Positions 9,505-19,911 of a DNA stretch of 33,974 nt are shown piece by piece. Positions within the stretch are counted from its first letter, which is position 1. Each line of letters begins with the position of its first letter. The position numbers and the translations under genes are program-made. The notes beneath the pieces are model-generated. The model made no database searches. It had not been told where the DNA came from and was given only the letters and a program-made list of their open reading frames with translations. This DNA is from Dimorphilus gyrociliatus (Eukaryota; Animalia; Annelida). The DNA lies in assembly GCA_904063045.1 (NCBI GenBank), contig CAJFCJ010000288.1:1-33974 (forward strand). Reading direction: 5' to 3'.

Positions 9505-10020
9505 NNNNNNNNNNNNNNNNNNNNNNNNNNNNNNNNNNNNNNNNNNNNNNNNNNNNNNNNNNNNNNNNNNNNNNNNNNNNNNNNNNNNNNNNNNNNNNNN
9601 NNNNNNNNNNNNNNNNNNNNNNNNNNNNNNNNNNNNNNNNNNNNNNNNNNNNNNNNNNNNNNNNNNNNNNNNNNNNNNNNNNNNNNNNNNNNNNNNNNNN
9701 NNNNNNNNNNNNNNNNNNNNNNNNNNNNNNNNNNNNNNNNNNNNNNNNNNNNNNNNNNNNNNNNNNNNNNNNNNNNNNNNNNNNNNNNNNNNNNNNNNNN
9801 NNNNNNNNNNNNNNNNNNNNNNNNNNNNNNNNNNNNNNNNNNNNNNNNNNNNNNNNNNNNNNNNNNNNNNNNNNNNNNNNNNNNNNNNNNNNNNNNNNNN
9901 NNNNNNNNNNNNNNNNNNNNNNNNNNNNNNNNNNNNNNNNNNNNNNNNNNNNNNNNNNNNNNNNNNNNNNNNNNNNNNNNNNNNNNNNNNNNNNNNNNNN
10001 NNNNNNNNNNNNNNNNNNNN
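9505..10020. other. Assembly gap (516 N)
   Basis: Run of N. Confidence 1.
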
Positions 10021-10389
10021 GTAAAATTATATGCACCGTGGCAAACAGAAGACATCAGTATTTCAAAATTTAGTGAAAAGCCAACAATGGATTATTTCCA
10101 TGAAAATTTTATCCCTAAAGATTGTTGTTGGACAGAAAATGATGAAATTTTAGAAATTCTACAAATAGAGTACAAAAAGACAGTTATTGGTTTTGACATG
10201 TATGGCCCGATAATCAAAGGAGCGTTTATTGAAGAAAAGAATAGAAAACTTGTAGAAAATGCTACCTTAGAATATAAACATTTGATAAGAATAAAAGAAA
10301 TAATAAAGAAAGGTCGAATTGCAATGAAAATATTAAATAAAATCAAAAAAAATGGAATGCGTTTTCTGGAAATTAAAAAAAGTTTGTAA
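10021..10389 (+). CDS. C-terminal part of a hypothetical protein; start lies in the gap
   Basis: Open frame of 122 codons from the gap edge with ordinary protein composition. No family recognised. Confidence 0.55.
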   Translation, partial: VKLYAPWQTEDISISKFSEKPTMDYFHENFIPKDCCWTENDEILEILQIEYKKTVIGFDMYGPIIKGAFIEEKNRKLVENATLEYKHLIRIKEIIKKGRIAMKILNKIKKNGMRFLEIKKSL

Positions 10390-10516
10390 GAAGTAAACAT
10401 TTGATAAGAATAAAAGAAATAATAAAGAAAGGTCGAATTGCAATGAAAATATTAAATAAAATCAAAAAAAATGGAATGCGTTTTCTGGAAATTAAAAAAG
10501 GTTTGTAAAAAGTAAA
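10275..10516. repeat. 119-bp tandem duplication of the 3' end of the upstream ORF
   Basis: 10275-10393 and 10394-10512 differ at two positions. TAAA at 10513-10516 starts a third unit. Confidence 0.92.
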
Positions 10517-10539
10517 TATTTTTATACAAAAAAGGAAAT

Positions 10540-10971
10540 TTATTTAGCATTTTTTATGATATTTTCATATTTTTCTTTACAAAAACTGTGTATATCTGAA
10601 TTTTGTACAACTAACCTACAAAGTTTACAGTTTTTAAAATTTTCATAATTTTCAATTAAAATATCAGAATTTTGAACCAAAAAATGCTGTGTAAATTTAT
10701 TTTCTTTATCGATGTATCCTTGCTTAATTAACAAATTTTCAGTATTTTTATCTATTTCTTTCTCGTATAAAAGAGCTTCAATTCCATTTGCTATGATTTT
10801 CTTCTCTGATAAAATTAAAATTTTTTCTTGTGGTTTTAAATCTTTTAAGTATATTTTGTCTAAAAACTTAACCGCTACGAAGTTAATAGGCCTTAAAAAC
10901 TTATTTATTTCCTCAACATCTATGTCTTCAATCAGATATCCTTGTTTTAAAAGTTTTGTAACAAATTGCAT
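10540..10971 (-). CDS. 143-aa protein, possibly a reduced Nse1 (SMC5/6 RING-like subunit)
   Basis: CCC motif 6 nt upstream of the ATG. Two L..QGY(L/I) winged-helix-like motifs and a C-terminal CKLC...HSFC half-RING. The family call is inference. Confidence 0.5.
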   Translation of the reverse strand: MQFVTKLLKQGYLIEDIDVEEINKFLRPINFVAVKFLDKIYLKDLKPQEKILILSEKKIIANGIEALLYEKEIDKNTENLLIKQGYIDKENKFTQHFLVQNSDILIENYENFKNCKLCRLVVQNSDIHSFCKEKYENIIKNAK

Positions 10972-11003
10972 ATTGAGGGTTTCAAACCAAAAAAAAAATT
11001 ATT

Positions 11004-12181
11004 ATGATGAAAAAAAGTTAAATACAGTAAATTTAGTTTATTATTTATTGTCTAATATACTAGGAAGTGGACTTTTCTTTACTCCTGGTATTCTACTTTC
11101 TAGAACTAGCTCACTTTATTTTACTATTCTAGCATTTACTTTAGGTTATTTAATTACGTTTTGCATTGCCTTAGGTTATGCAGAATTAGGTGCACTATCA
11201 GATATGAAAGGAGAACCGGAGTACTTAATGAAATTCTATGGAAAAAAGATTTCGTATTTGTATTCAGCAATATCATTATTAATTATTCTTCCAATAGGTA
11301 TTTCTTTAATGATGAATGTAATTTCTGGTCATTTACATTCTAAGTCTCCTTGGATTTGTATCTTTATATTAGGTACATTTGGATTGCTAAATGTATTAAG
11401 TCTTGATTTATCTATTAGGGTTCAGCTTGTATTCTCTATTATGAAAATTATTGTTATTCTATTATTCGTACTTTTTGCTATACTCAGTTTTTTAGGTATT
11501 ATTTCCATTAATAGAAATTCTAAGAACGTTTTTGAAGATGAGCGTTCAAGCGTAGGAAATTTAAAACTAGAAGGTTTTTTCACTGCTGTTTTTTTATCTT
11601 TATACGCATTTGATGGTTGGAATGCTGGTAACTTTATTTCTGAAAAAGTGTCCTCAAAAAGAACAACCTTTTACAATGCAATGACAATTACTCTGTTCTT
11701 AGTTTATTTTCTATATTTAAATTTGATTTTATCTTTAGGTTATATTTTAGATTATGATACATTTATTTCTAGTAATAATGATATACTAATTAGCTATTTT
11801 GAGAATTTTAGATTAAACATTCTATTTAAAAAAGTACTACCTATCATTATTGTAAGTATTCCATCTTTAGGGACTTTAAATGGTTCTATTATAGTTGCAA
11901 GAAGTATTATAAGCACGTATACAAGAAGTAAAACGTATATTGGTATAGGAATTCTTTTATTCTGTATAATTTCATTCTCATATGGAAAAAATAAATGTAC
12001 AAGTGATAAATTATCGAAGATGGGAATTTTTGTATATTTAATATATTTTTTATGTATACTTACTCTTACTAAAAATGAAAATAGAAGATGTTATATAAAT
12101 TTAGTATATTTTAGTGCAGTAATATCATTTATTTGTGTTATTGCTTTTTTTTACACAAATTTTGAGAATTATTTCAAATAA
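11004..12181 (+). CDS. APC-superfamily amino-acid permease (LAT/MUP1-like), ~392 aa
   Basis: Motifs ILGSGLFFTPG, YAELG, GEPEYL and LYAFDGWN, with many TM segments. The track start at 10712 overlaps the divergent gene. ATGATG at 11004 becomes in-frame if the A7 run at 11010-11016 gains one A. The next in-frame ATG (11204) would delete TM1. Confidence 0.85.
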
Positions 12182-12189
12182 AAACAAAA

Positions 12190-12490
12190 AATTCATAAAG
12201 TTATATTATTTAAAAAAATTTTACAAGTGATATCTAAAAATTCATATTATTTAAAAAAATTCATTAAGTGATATCTAATTAGAAAAAATCAAAAAAAATT
12301 AAAAATTCATTAAGTGATGTCTAATTAGAAAAATAAAAAAAATTAAAAATTTAAAAAATTAAAAAATTAAAAAATTAAAAATTTAAAATTTAAAAATTTA
12401 AAAATTTAAAAATTTAAAAATTTAAAAAATGTAAAAAAATTTAAAAATTTAAAAAATTTAAAAAATCAAAAAAATTCATTAATTGATATT
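12190..12490. repeat. AT-rich intergenic repeats: recurring AATTCATTAAGTGAT(A/G)TCTAATTAG motif plus AAAAATT(T) 8-9 bp array
   Basis: Visible repeated units downstream of the permease. Confidence 0.65.
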
Positions 12491-12784
12491 TATTTAAAAA
12501 AATTAATTTTATAAAAAAAAATTTATGAAATAAAATCAGGTTCAGAATCAATAAAAGTACTTTTTCTATAAATATAAATACTAGGAATTAAAGATAACCC
12601 TAGTATTTTTATAAAAGAATCAAATATTTTAGATAATATAGGAGGTATTCTAAATCTAACAGTTTCTACAATTTTTATGATTCAATAGATTCTTCATTTT
12701 CATTAGTCTTAGAAATGACTTTAAGTGAAGAAAATGTTTTAAAAAATCTAAAAAAAAATAATTTTTAAAATTTTAATAAAATTT

Positions 12785-12988
12785 TTATTGATTTCCTAAA
12801 ACCATTTCTGTTAAAATTTCATCTGTTTTGCCTTCTTTTCTAATAAATCCTGAACAGTTATAAATGGTTAATCCATTAGCAATCCTACCATTTGAATCTA
12901 AATTTACTAGTGTTATTTGTACTGACTTTTTATCTGAGGATTGAATTGGTTTTAAACTAAAATCACAAATTCTGTGGTTAAAAGACAT
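12785..12988 (-). CDS. RPS21: 40S ribosomal protein S21 (eS21), 67 aa
   Basis: R.C....I...DK.SVQI....D.NGR......Y...G.IR..G..D pattern of eS21. ACCCTTC precedes the ATG. Confidence 0.85.
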   Translation of the reverse strand: MSFNHRICDFSLKPIQSSDKKSVQITLVNLDSNGRIANGLTIYNCSGFIRKEGKTDEILTEMVLGNQ

Positions 12989-13122
12989 GAAGGGTTGTTT
13001 TTAATATTTTTTTGTAAATATTTTTAAATTATATAAATTAATATAAAAATATATTAATTATTAGTAAAATAACATTTTTTGTAAATATTTTTAAATTATA
13101 TAAATTAATATAAAAATATATT

Positions 13123-14294
13123 GGTTAATGGGAATTATAAGGGTTTTTTGGAATTATAAGGGTTTTTTGAAAATTTTTAAAAATTACTAAAAAATAAAAA
13201 TTTTAATTTTATTGTTCCTGAGTCAGAAATATTATCTTTTTCTGAAATAAAATCATATAATTTAACTGCTGATTATATAGAATCCTTATCTAGGAAAAAG
13301 GATATAATTATGTTTATGGCTAGATGGAGATTATTAAACAACAATCAAATATGTCAACCATGTGACATAAAGATGTATTTACACGAGGATAGAAAAATAA
13401 CAGATGGTTTCAAATTTATTTGTAGACAGTGCAAGAAAAAACAATCCGTAAGATATGGAAGTTTTTTTTATAAATCAAGAATGCCATTAAAAATTTTATT
13501 AAAAATCATAAGGAAACTACTTTTTGGAATCAACAAATGTGTGATAGGACACAGTTTTAGTATATGTAGAAAAACTGTTTCTAAATGGGATAAAATTATT
13601 TTAGAGGCTATTGCCTTAAATTTAAATATTACTAGAACACGTATAGGTGGAATTAATGAAGAGTGTCTACCTAAAATCGTTGAAATTGATGAAAGTTTAT
13701 TTTTTAAAAGAAAGTATAATCGAGGAAGGCTATTAGAGCAATGCTGGTATGTTGGTGGAATCGAAAGAGGTACATCAAATATTTTTGTTGTACAGGTACC
13801 TGATAAAAAGAAAGAAACTCTTAAAAGAGTTATATTAGATAATGTAGAGATAGGCACCACAATTATTACAGATGAGTGGAGTGCTTATAAAGCTGCTCTG
13901 GCAGAGACTGATGATTTTGGACATGAGACCGTAAATCATACATACAATTTTGTAAACCCACATAATCCTGATGTGCATACTCAAAACATCGAATGTTTTT
14001 GGAGTACGAGTAAAAGAGAGATCAGAAAGCATGTCAATTGCAAGGACTTACAATTTCTTTATTTATTACAATCAATTTGGTTTAGAAAAGTAGATAAATT
14101 TAAAAGATTTAATGAAATAATAGTTCTCTTCTCTAGTAATTCATATGAGGCAGAGTTCAACGAATTAATAAACTCTAATTTATAGTTATTTTAATAATTC
14201 CTCATTTTAACAAAAATTTTTATTTTTTAGTAATTTTTAAAAATTTTCAAAAAACCCTTATAATTCCAAAAAACCCTTATAATTCCCATTAACC
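13123..14294 (+). mobile_element. Merlin DNA transposon family 1, intact, 1172 bp, perfect 82-bp TIRs, 8-bp TSD AATATATT
   Basis: GG...CC ends. TIRs 13123-13204 and 14213-14294 each contain two 19-bp repeats GGAATTATAAGGGTTTTTT. TSD at 13115-13122 and 14295-14302. Confidence 0.95.
13310..14185 (+). CDS. Merlin (IS1595/ISXO2-like) DDE transposase, 291 aa
   Basis: N-terminal CxxC...CxxC, then VEIDESLF.KRKYNRGR, WYVGGIERG, IITDEWSAY, HETVNH and VHTQNIECFW. No disruptions. Confidence 0.93.
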   Translation: MFMARWRLLNNNQICQPCDIKMYLHEDRKITDGFKFICRQCKKKQSVRYGSFFYKSRMPLKILLKIIRKLLFGINKCVIGHSFSICRKTVSKWDKIILEAIALNLNITRTRIGGINEECLPKIVEIDESLFFKRKYNRGRLLEQCWYVGGIERGTSNIFVVQVPDKKKETLKRVILDNVEIGTTIITDEWSAYKAALAETDDFGHETVNHTYNFVNPHNPDVHTQNIECFWSTSKREIRKHVNCKDLQFLYLLQSIWFRKVDKFKRFNEIIVLFSSNSYEAEFNELINSNL

Positions 14295-14976
14295 AATATA
14301 TTAATTATTAGTAAAATAACATTTTTTGTAAATATTTTTAATATTTATTTTTTTTATATAAATTAATATAAAAATATATTAATTATTAGTAAAATAACAT
14401 TTTTTGTAAATATTTTTAATATTTATTTTTTTAATAAAATAATATTTTTTTTCTTGTTCACTTTTTTTTTTACAGACTGTATTTGTATATAAAGAATTGT
14501 TTAAAATGCAAGATTTAGAAATTAAAATATTTTTTTTTGTAAAAATAAAAATTCAATCTAAATTTACCTTTTATAGAAATTTTAGATTGTTTTTTAAAAA
14601 ACATAAATTTATTCATAAAAGTACAAATTAAAACAAAAAAAATATCAAAAATTAGAAATTCAATTTGAGAACCAATAAGATTTATTTCACCTCCTTTCCA
14701 ACCTCTAATTTTATAGGTACAAAATTTATTCTATTTTAGTATTTTATAAGATTTTTTATTTTGTTTTTTTAAATTTCTAAATGTTTACTTGATTACTTAA
14801 AGTAAAACTATTTATCAATTATGAAATTTCCGTTTTGATTAATTATATTTTAATAACCTAAATATACAGAGTTTTAAATACAATTTGCCTTAAATAGTAA
14901 AGGATAAATAAAAGTCCCTTTTTTGTAACACTGATACAAATTCTATTTAATGTTTTTAGAATTACCCTTTTTCAAA

Positions 14977-15396
14977 ATGTCGGTACAAAAAAAGAAAAAG
15001 TATATTTCTAGAAATAGACAGATAAAAAACGTGAAGATTAGGAAATCTAAACCTTCTACCAAGAAGTCTAAGAAGTTTGGATATCCAAAGCCTCACAAGT
15101 TCAAGGATTGTTACATATTTAAAAACTATAAACGTTTATACATTAATCAACTTTTCTTTTCAATAGAAAAATTTTCCTCAAAAGTAAAAACGTTCTTTCT
15201 AAAAAAGATTAACGAAATCATTGAAACAAGAATCAGAAAAAGACTTCAAATATCTAAGAATTATGAAGAATTGAATGTATTTGAAAGGAAAGTAGTTGAG
15301 ATACCAAATCATAAATATAGAATTTTAGTTAAAGCAAAAACGGCTGGAGTACCAATCTGTTCTACCCATTGGTGTGTGTCAAAAAAAAAAATTTAA
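14977..15396 (+). pseudogene. Basic Lys-rich hypothetical ORF apparently truncated by Merlin-2a at 15342 (121 host codons, then TIR-derived tail)
   Basis: ACCCTTTTTCAAA precedes the ATG at 14977. The frame reads into the TIR (AGVPICSTHW...). No continuation is seen after the element. Confidence 0.55.
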
Positions 15397-16319
15397 CCCT
15401 TGTAAAATGAATAATTTTTTGAATAATGAAACATTAAAACCCTTATTAAAGAGTTTATTGTCCCAAAATTCCCCAAGATATTGTGAATTATGTAATGGTA
15501 GTGTATCTATTACACTAAAAAACAACCTTAACTTTACATATAAGTGTAAAACACGCTCATGTAGGAAGGAAAATGGTGTATTTAAAAATACTATTTTTTA
15601 TAGAACAAATTACCTGCTGTTTTTTAAAGTAATATGGTTATGGTTGCGTAATTATAACATAGATCAAATCATAGAGATATCAGGTTCAAATAAAAAAACC
15701 ATACATAAATTTATTAAGTTATTTCTACCTAAAATGGAAAAATTTTATCTAAAAGCATTTGGGAAGATTGGAGGTGAAGGTATTGTAATTGAAGCTGACG
15801 AATCTAAATTTGGGAGAACTAAGTACAATGTAGGTAGGACTGTAGAAGGTGTATGGGTGGTTGGTTTAGTAGAAAAAACGGAGCAAAGAAAAATCATACT
15901 AGTTCCAGTAGTTAAAAGGGACAGTATCACTATGAACACAATATTTGATGCATATGTCAAATCAGGATCTGTTGTAAATACTGATCTTTGGAAAGGATAC
16001 AGTAACACCAAAGAAAATTACAAACATTATACTGTCAATCATAAGCAGAACTATAAAGATCCTATAACAGGAGCTCACACAAACACAATTGAGGGGAATT
16101 GGAGGACTATTAAAACTGAAGTACCTAATCATTGTAGAAAATTCACTGAGATTTTACCATAATTATCAAAGTTTATGATAAAAAGATGGTTTTCAGACAA
16201 TTATTTCGAGGTTTTATTAAAATTTTTGATTTGTTAATTGTTTTTTTGTAAAAATAAACAAGGGTTAAATTTTTTTTTTTGACACACACCAATGGGTAGA
16301 ACAGATTGGTACTTTAGCC
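15342..16319 (+). mobile_element. Merlin family 2, copy a (978 bp, 62-bp TIRs, no TSD)
   Basis: TIRs 15342-15403 and 16258-16319 have 2 mismatches (GGCTGGAG versus GGCTAAAG). Flanks GCAAAAAC and ATATAAAA do not match. Confidence 0.92.
15407..16237 (+). pseudogene. Merlin-2a transposase with premature TAA at 16160-16162 (276 aa if read through)
   Basis: Motifs VIEADESKFGRTKYNVGR, WVVGLVE, VNTDLWKGY, HYTVNH and GAHTNTIEGNW. The frame continues ILP*LSKFMIKRWFSDNYFEVLLKFLIC after the stop. Confidence 0.88.
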
Positions 16320-16421
16320 ATATAAAACATATTATTATTAACATCATTTATCTTCTAAATAAAATATTATATATAAAAAATATATATCAATAATTCTATA
16401 TAAAATATATATAAAATATTT

Positions 16422-17403
16422 GGTGGGTGGGAAGTTCATTACCCCTTCGATCAAAAAATGATTTTTTTGGAAAATACGAGAAGTAGGAGGGGAAGGGCAT
16501 AAAAGTTATTCAAAAAAAAATTTTTTTTTGTGTTAAACAAAAATAATTAAAAATTCTCTTTAATAATACTAAAAAAGCTTCATTTCCATACTTTCTTAAA
16601 AATAAATACTTAGCAAATATATACTCCATATATTGACTCAATGAAAGGCAGTTTCTTCTTATATATTGCTTTAGGAGAGACCATTGATTTTCAATTGCTT
16701 GAGTATTGGCACCGGTATGTGGATCTATAAAGTTTTCATTGTGGTTCACTTTGTCATGAATATAGCCCATAGATGACAATTTCTCATATCCAGGCCTGCC
16801 ATCTGTATAAATAATTGAGTTTTTTTTCAACATATTTTTCAACAATTTCATTTATAGTGTTTTTTCTTCTATTATCTACTTCTATGAAAAATGTTTTTTT
16901 GGTATAAATATCGATTCCACCTATTATCCACTTTTTTTTATATATTCTTCCAATGTTATATTTTCTTTTAGAAAATAAGCTTTCATCTATTTCGACTATA
17001 TGTCCTGGACCTCCAATTTTTTCATTCATTTCATTACTCATTATTGTGTATATAGTAAAGTTTAAGATTTTATTCCACTTTGTGATAGTTTTAACAGTTA
17101 AATCTTTTAGTTCTTTTATTATCTCGAACCTATTCATATACATATTACAAAAAAAATAAACATAGTCCAAAAAAATGTGTAATTTTATCTTTGTTCTTTT
17201 CATTACTGTACTTTCAAAAATGGAATTATGATTTTTACAAGTATAACACTTATATCTGAAGTGTCTAAGTGTTTAATAATAATCATCTCCTTGTTTATAC
17301 AAGTTGGACATCTTCTAGTTCGTTTTATTAAATTTTTATTAACAAGGAAGTCAATTGTTCTGTGTTCATCGGATGTTGCTAATACTAATTCTCTATAGTT
17401 CAT
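16422..17403 (-). mobile_element. Merlin family 3; transposase (16510-17403) split by two frameshifts; termini not confirmed
   Basis: Three ORF pieces join to MNYREL...CPTC...YKCYTCK...IGGPGHIVEIDESLFSKRKYNIGR...IYTDGRPGY...HDKVNH...GANTQAIENQW. The shifts are near 17265-17275 and in the A8 run at 16820-16827. CCCTTA precedes the ATG. No matching TIR was found, and a single N at 17485 may mark a join. Confidence 0.85.
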
Positions 17404-17694
17404 TAAGGGAAAAATATATATTTAATAAATAAAACCTTTATTTTAAAAAGATTAGAAAAAAAATTTAAAAAAAAGTTCAAACCCNAAAAATCCCCTTTAC
17501 TCTTTGAAAATTTCATTTTTTAATGAGGACCATGTAAGAAAAGAAGTTGAATATAATTTTTATTTTATTTCGTTATAATTCTGTTTAAATATTTAAACTT
17601 TTTTTCGAACTAAAGAAATAAAAATTCAATGCTTTCAAATTACTTAAAATGGTAATTGTTATTATCTAATAATTTTTTTTAAATTTTAACCCAA

Positions 17695-18101
17695 ATGCCC
17701 AAATTTCCACTAAAAACTAAGAAAAACAACGAGTGGTTAGATAGAGAATCATCTACATATAAGGATTTTTATTCTTTTATATTTGAACAAAAGAATAAAC
17801 AATTAAATAAAACCTTAGAAGAAATAAAGAAGAAACCAGATTAGCTATAGATAATTTCTATTGTGAAAGCAAGGCACGGAAAGTCAGAAATAATAATATT
17901 AAGTTCTGTCAATTGGCTAACGAAACAAGTGTTAAAAAAAATGTTACATCCTCCTTTTTATGTGATAATGTTAACACTTTAAATATTAATGATTGTTATA
18001 ATGATAACGTAAATGGGTTCGCTACTGGCTATTTTCTTAGTATTTGTTCTATTTTTTTAATAGTTGTTTTTACCCGTTTAGTTTCTAAGTTATTAAAATA
18101 A
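17695..18101 (+). CDS. Small hypothetical protein: 49 aa as written (17695-17844), or ~135 aa tail-anchored if one A is added at 17826-17828
   Basis: ACCCAA directly precedes the ATG. The second frame is open 17811-18101 and ends in the hydrophobic segment GFATGYFLSICSIFLIVVFTRLVSKLLK. Confidence 0.55.
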
Positions 18102-18399
18102 TTATAAAGTATTTAAATTCTACCTAAAAATTTTTTCTGATTTAAAAATAATAATAATGATTTTTTAATATAATAATCAATCTTCCTATATAATTTATTT
18201 TGATACTATTTTATTAGAAAATGATTTTGCGTCTTTTTTTTTCGAAATCAATTGATAACCGTTACAAGTTTTTTGCCAAACCTTCCTTTAAAAGAATATA
18301 TTGCATAATACAATTTTTCGTAAACATTACTTGGTAGTAATTTTAATTTACAGTTGATTAAAATATACTTTTTTTTAATAAAAAATTTCGTAAATTTGC

Positions 18400-19248
18400 T
18401 TTAAGAATCCCTTAAAATTTAATATTAGAGAAAAACAAAAATATAATTAGATTCAAATGACATTTTAGAAATGAATATCGTTTAATATTCGTTTATATGT
18501 TCTTTATATTATTACAACAGTTTTTTAGGCGACTTTTTATTCGTTAATTTTCAATGTTTTGTATATGTATTTCTGTACATTTTTGTCTTTAAAGTTAGTT
18601 TTATGTTTAATTGGTGAAATGATCATAGTATCTTATGTCATTTTACCTTTTCCATTCATAAGTAATAAAAAGCTTTTCATTATGTTTATTAATGATTTTT
18701 TGAAGAGCATATGGAAGCTTGTTTTTCTAGGACTTTTAAAAAATGTCTTTTTGTGTCTCTACAGAGACCACCAACTACCCTCAGTTTCTCATTACTTTTT
18801 CCACACTATATTTTCGCTTAGTAACAGTATTTTTACCAATTTCTACACATGAACCAGGGATTTTATTTTAGTTTAGCTGTCATCTGTAATTTTATTTTAA
18901 TTAGACTTATGACAATTTTATAGAGTTCATAATTTACATTATGTTACTTAAATTTATCTATAATCAAGGGGTTTATGGCCTATTCAAAAATTATAAAAGA
19001 TGTTTTTTAGTGATGCTTTTATTTTAGTGAAAAGCGAACCATCACGAATTGATCCCTAACTCGTACCAATTTTTTTTTGATTTACATATTCAAATTAAGC
19101 TTTCTAATTATGATATGCTTGTAAATTTCTATTTATTTTACATTTTTTACAGAACAATCTTTTTTAAAAATACTTAATTCTATCAACCAAGATAAAATAG
19201 TGCTCAGATCAATCGTTCTTCTTGTAATTCCAAAATTGTTATTGACAT
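18400..19248 (-). pseudogene. Heavily degraded Merlin transposase remnant (family 4)
   Basis: CCCCTA-ATG at 19248. Fragments ILSWLIEL, SIRDGSLF, CVEIGKNTVTKRKYS, VVGGLCRDT and HIQNIEN lie in Merlin order with many stops and shifts. Boundaries are approximate. Confidence 0.7.
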
Positions 19249-19911
19249 TAGGGGAATATAATTCAATTTTGGGTGATTTTGAAAGCAATTTTTATCAATT
19301 TCTTATGTTGAGTATGTAAAAAAGTGGCTTGCAATATTTTTACTATATAAAAAATAGAACTTAATATTAGAACAACTCTTTTATTTGTTTTTAATTAAGA
19401 ATTGAGTATTTTAGGGTGTTTGAAAGTACGAATTAAATTTTTACTTAGTTTTTTCTATGAACATGTTTATTAAATTAAAAGATTTTATTAAGCTTCTATA
19501 AAACCAAAATATGATAATAAAAACATTATTTAAAATCGAATTGGATGCTTTAGTTGATTTTGTGTATTTAAAACACAAATTTTGTTGAAGAATTCTAAAC
19601 TAATTAAAATAATGTTAAATAAGAAATAGTTTATGGATGAGTTTAATTCTTTATTCACAAATACGATGTCACAATAATATACTTCGTAAATTCAAGGGAT
19701 TTAAGAGTTGGTACATAATACTTTTATGCTATTAACTTTTTGTTTCCATTTATGAAGCTAATACAATTACCAAATATAGAATCTGAAATACACTTGAAGA
19801 ATCTTTGTATATTAAATGCTGTTCATGTTTTTTCAAAGAAATTTTATAGAAATACCATTTCTATTTTTATTTATTTCTATATATTTGAGAAAATGTAAAA
19901 GAGGGGTTTTA

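Larger units (their letters stand above)
13010..14430. repeat. 67-78 bp AT-rich tandem repeat interrupted by the Merlin-1 insertion
   Basis: The unit ...TATATAAATTAATATAAAAATATATTAATTATTAGTAAAATAACATTTTTTGTAAATATTTTTAA... occurs at ~13010-13122 and ~14295-14430. Confidence 0.8.

Noticed and set aside
9470-10389. ORF-track proteins spanning the N gap (9470-10036, 9477-10055, 9487-10389 as full-length)
   Set aside because: They are artefacts of translating Ns. Only the real-sequence flanks were used.
10712-11003. 5' extension of the permease ORF
   Set aside because: It is the antisense of the divergent 143-aa gene, which has its own CCC signal, and it shows no permease-like features.
12525-12770. 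Possible small minus-strand ORF (…VETVRFRIPPILSKIFDSFIKILGLSLIPSIY…) or ncRNA downstream of RPS21
   Set aside because: It needs an assumed frameshift, has no CCC-ATG start, and shows no recognisable protein family or RNA motif.
14440-14940. Coding or TE remnant upstream of the 14977 ORF (also 19300-19800, 25980-26298 and 27300-27780)
   Set aside because: Only short frames with no recognisable motifs were found, so no call can be supported.
16422-17520. TIRs and TSD for Merlin-3
   Set aside because: The GC-rich left patch has no convincing inverted match on the right. The N at 17485 may hide the true end.
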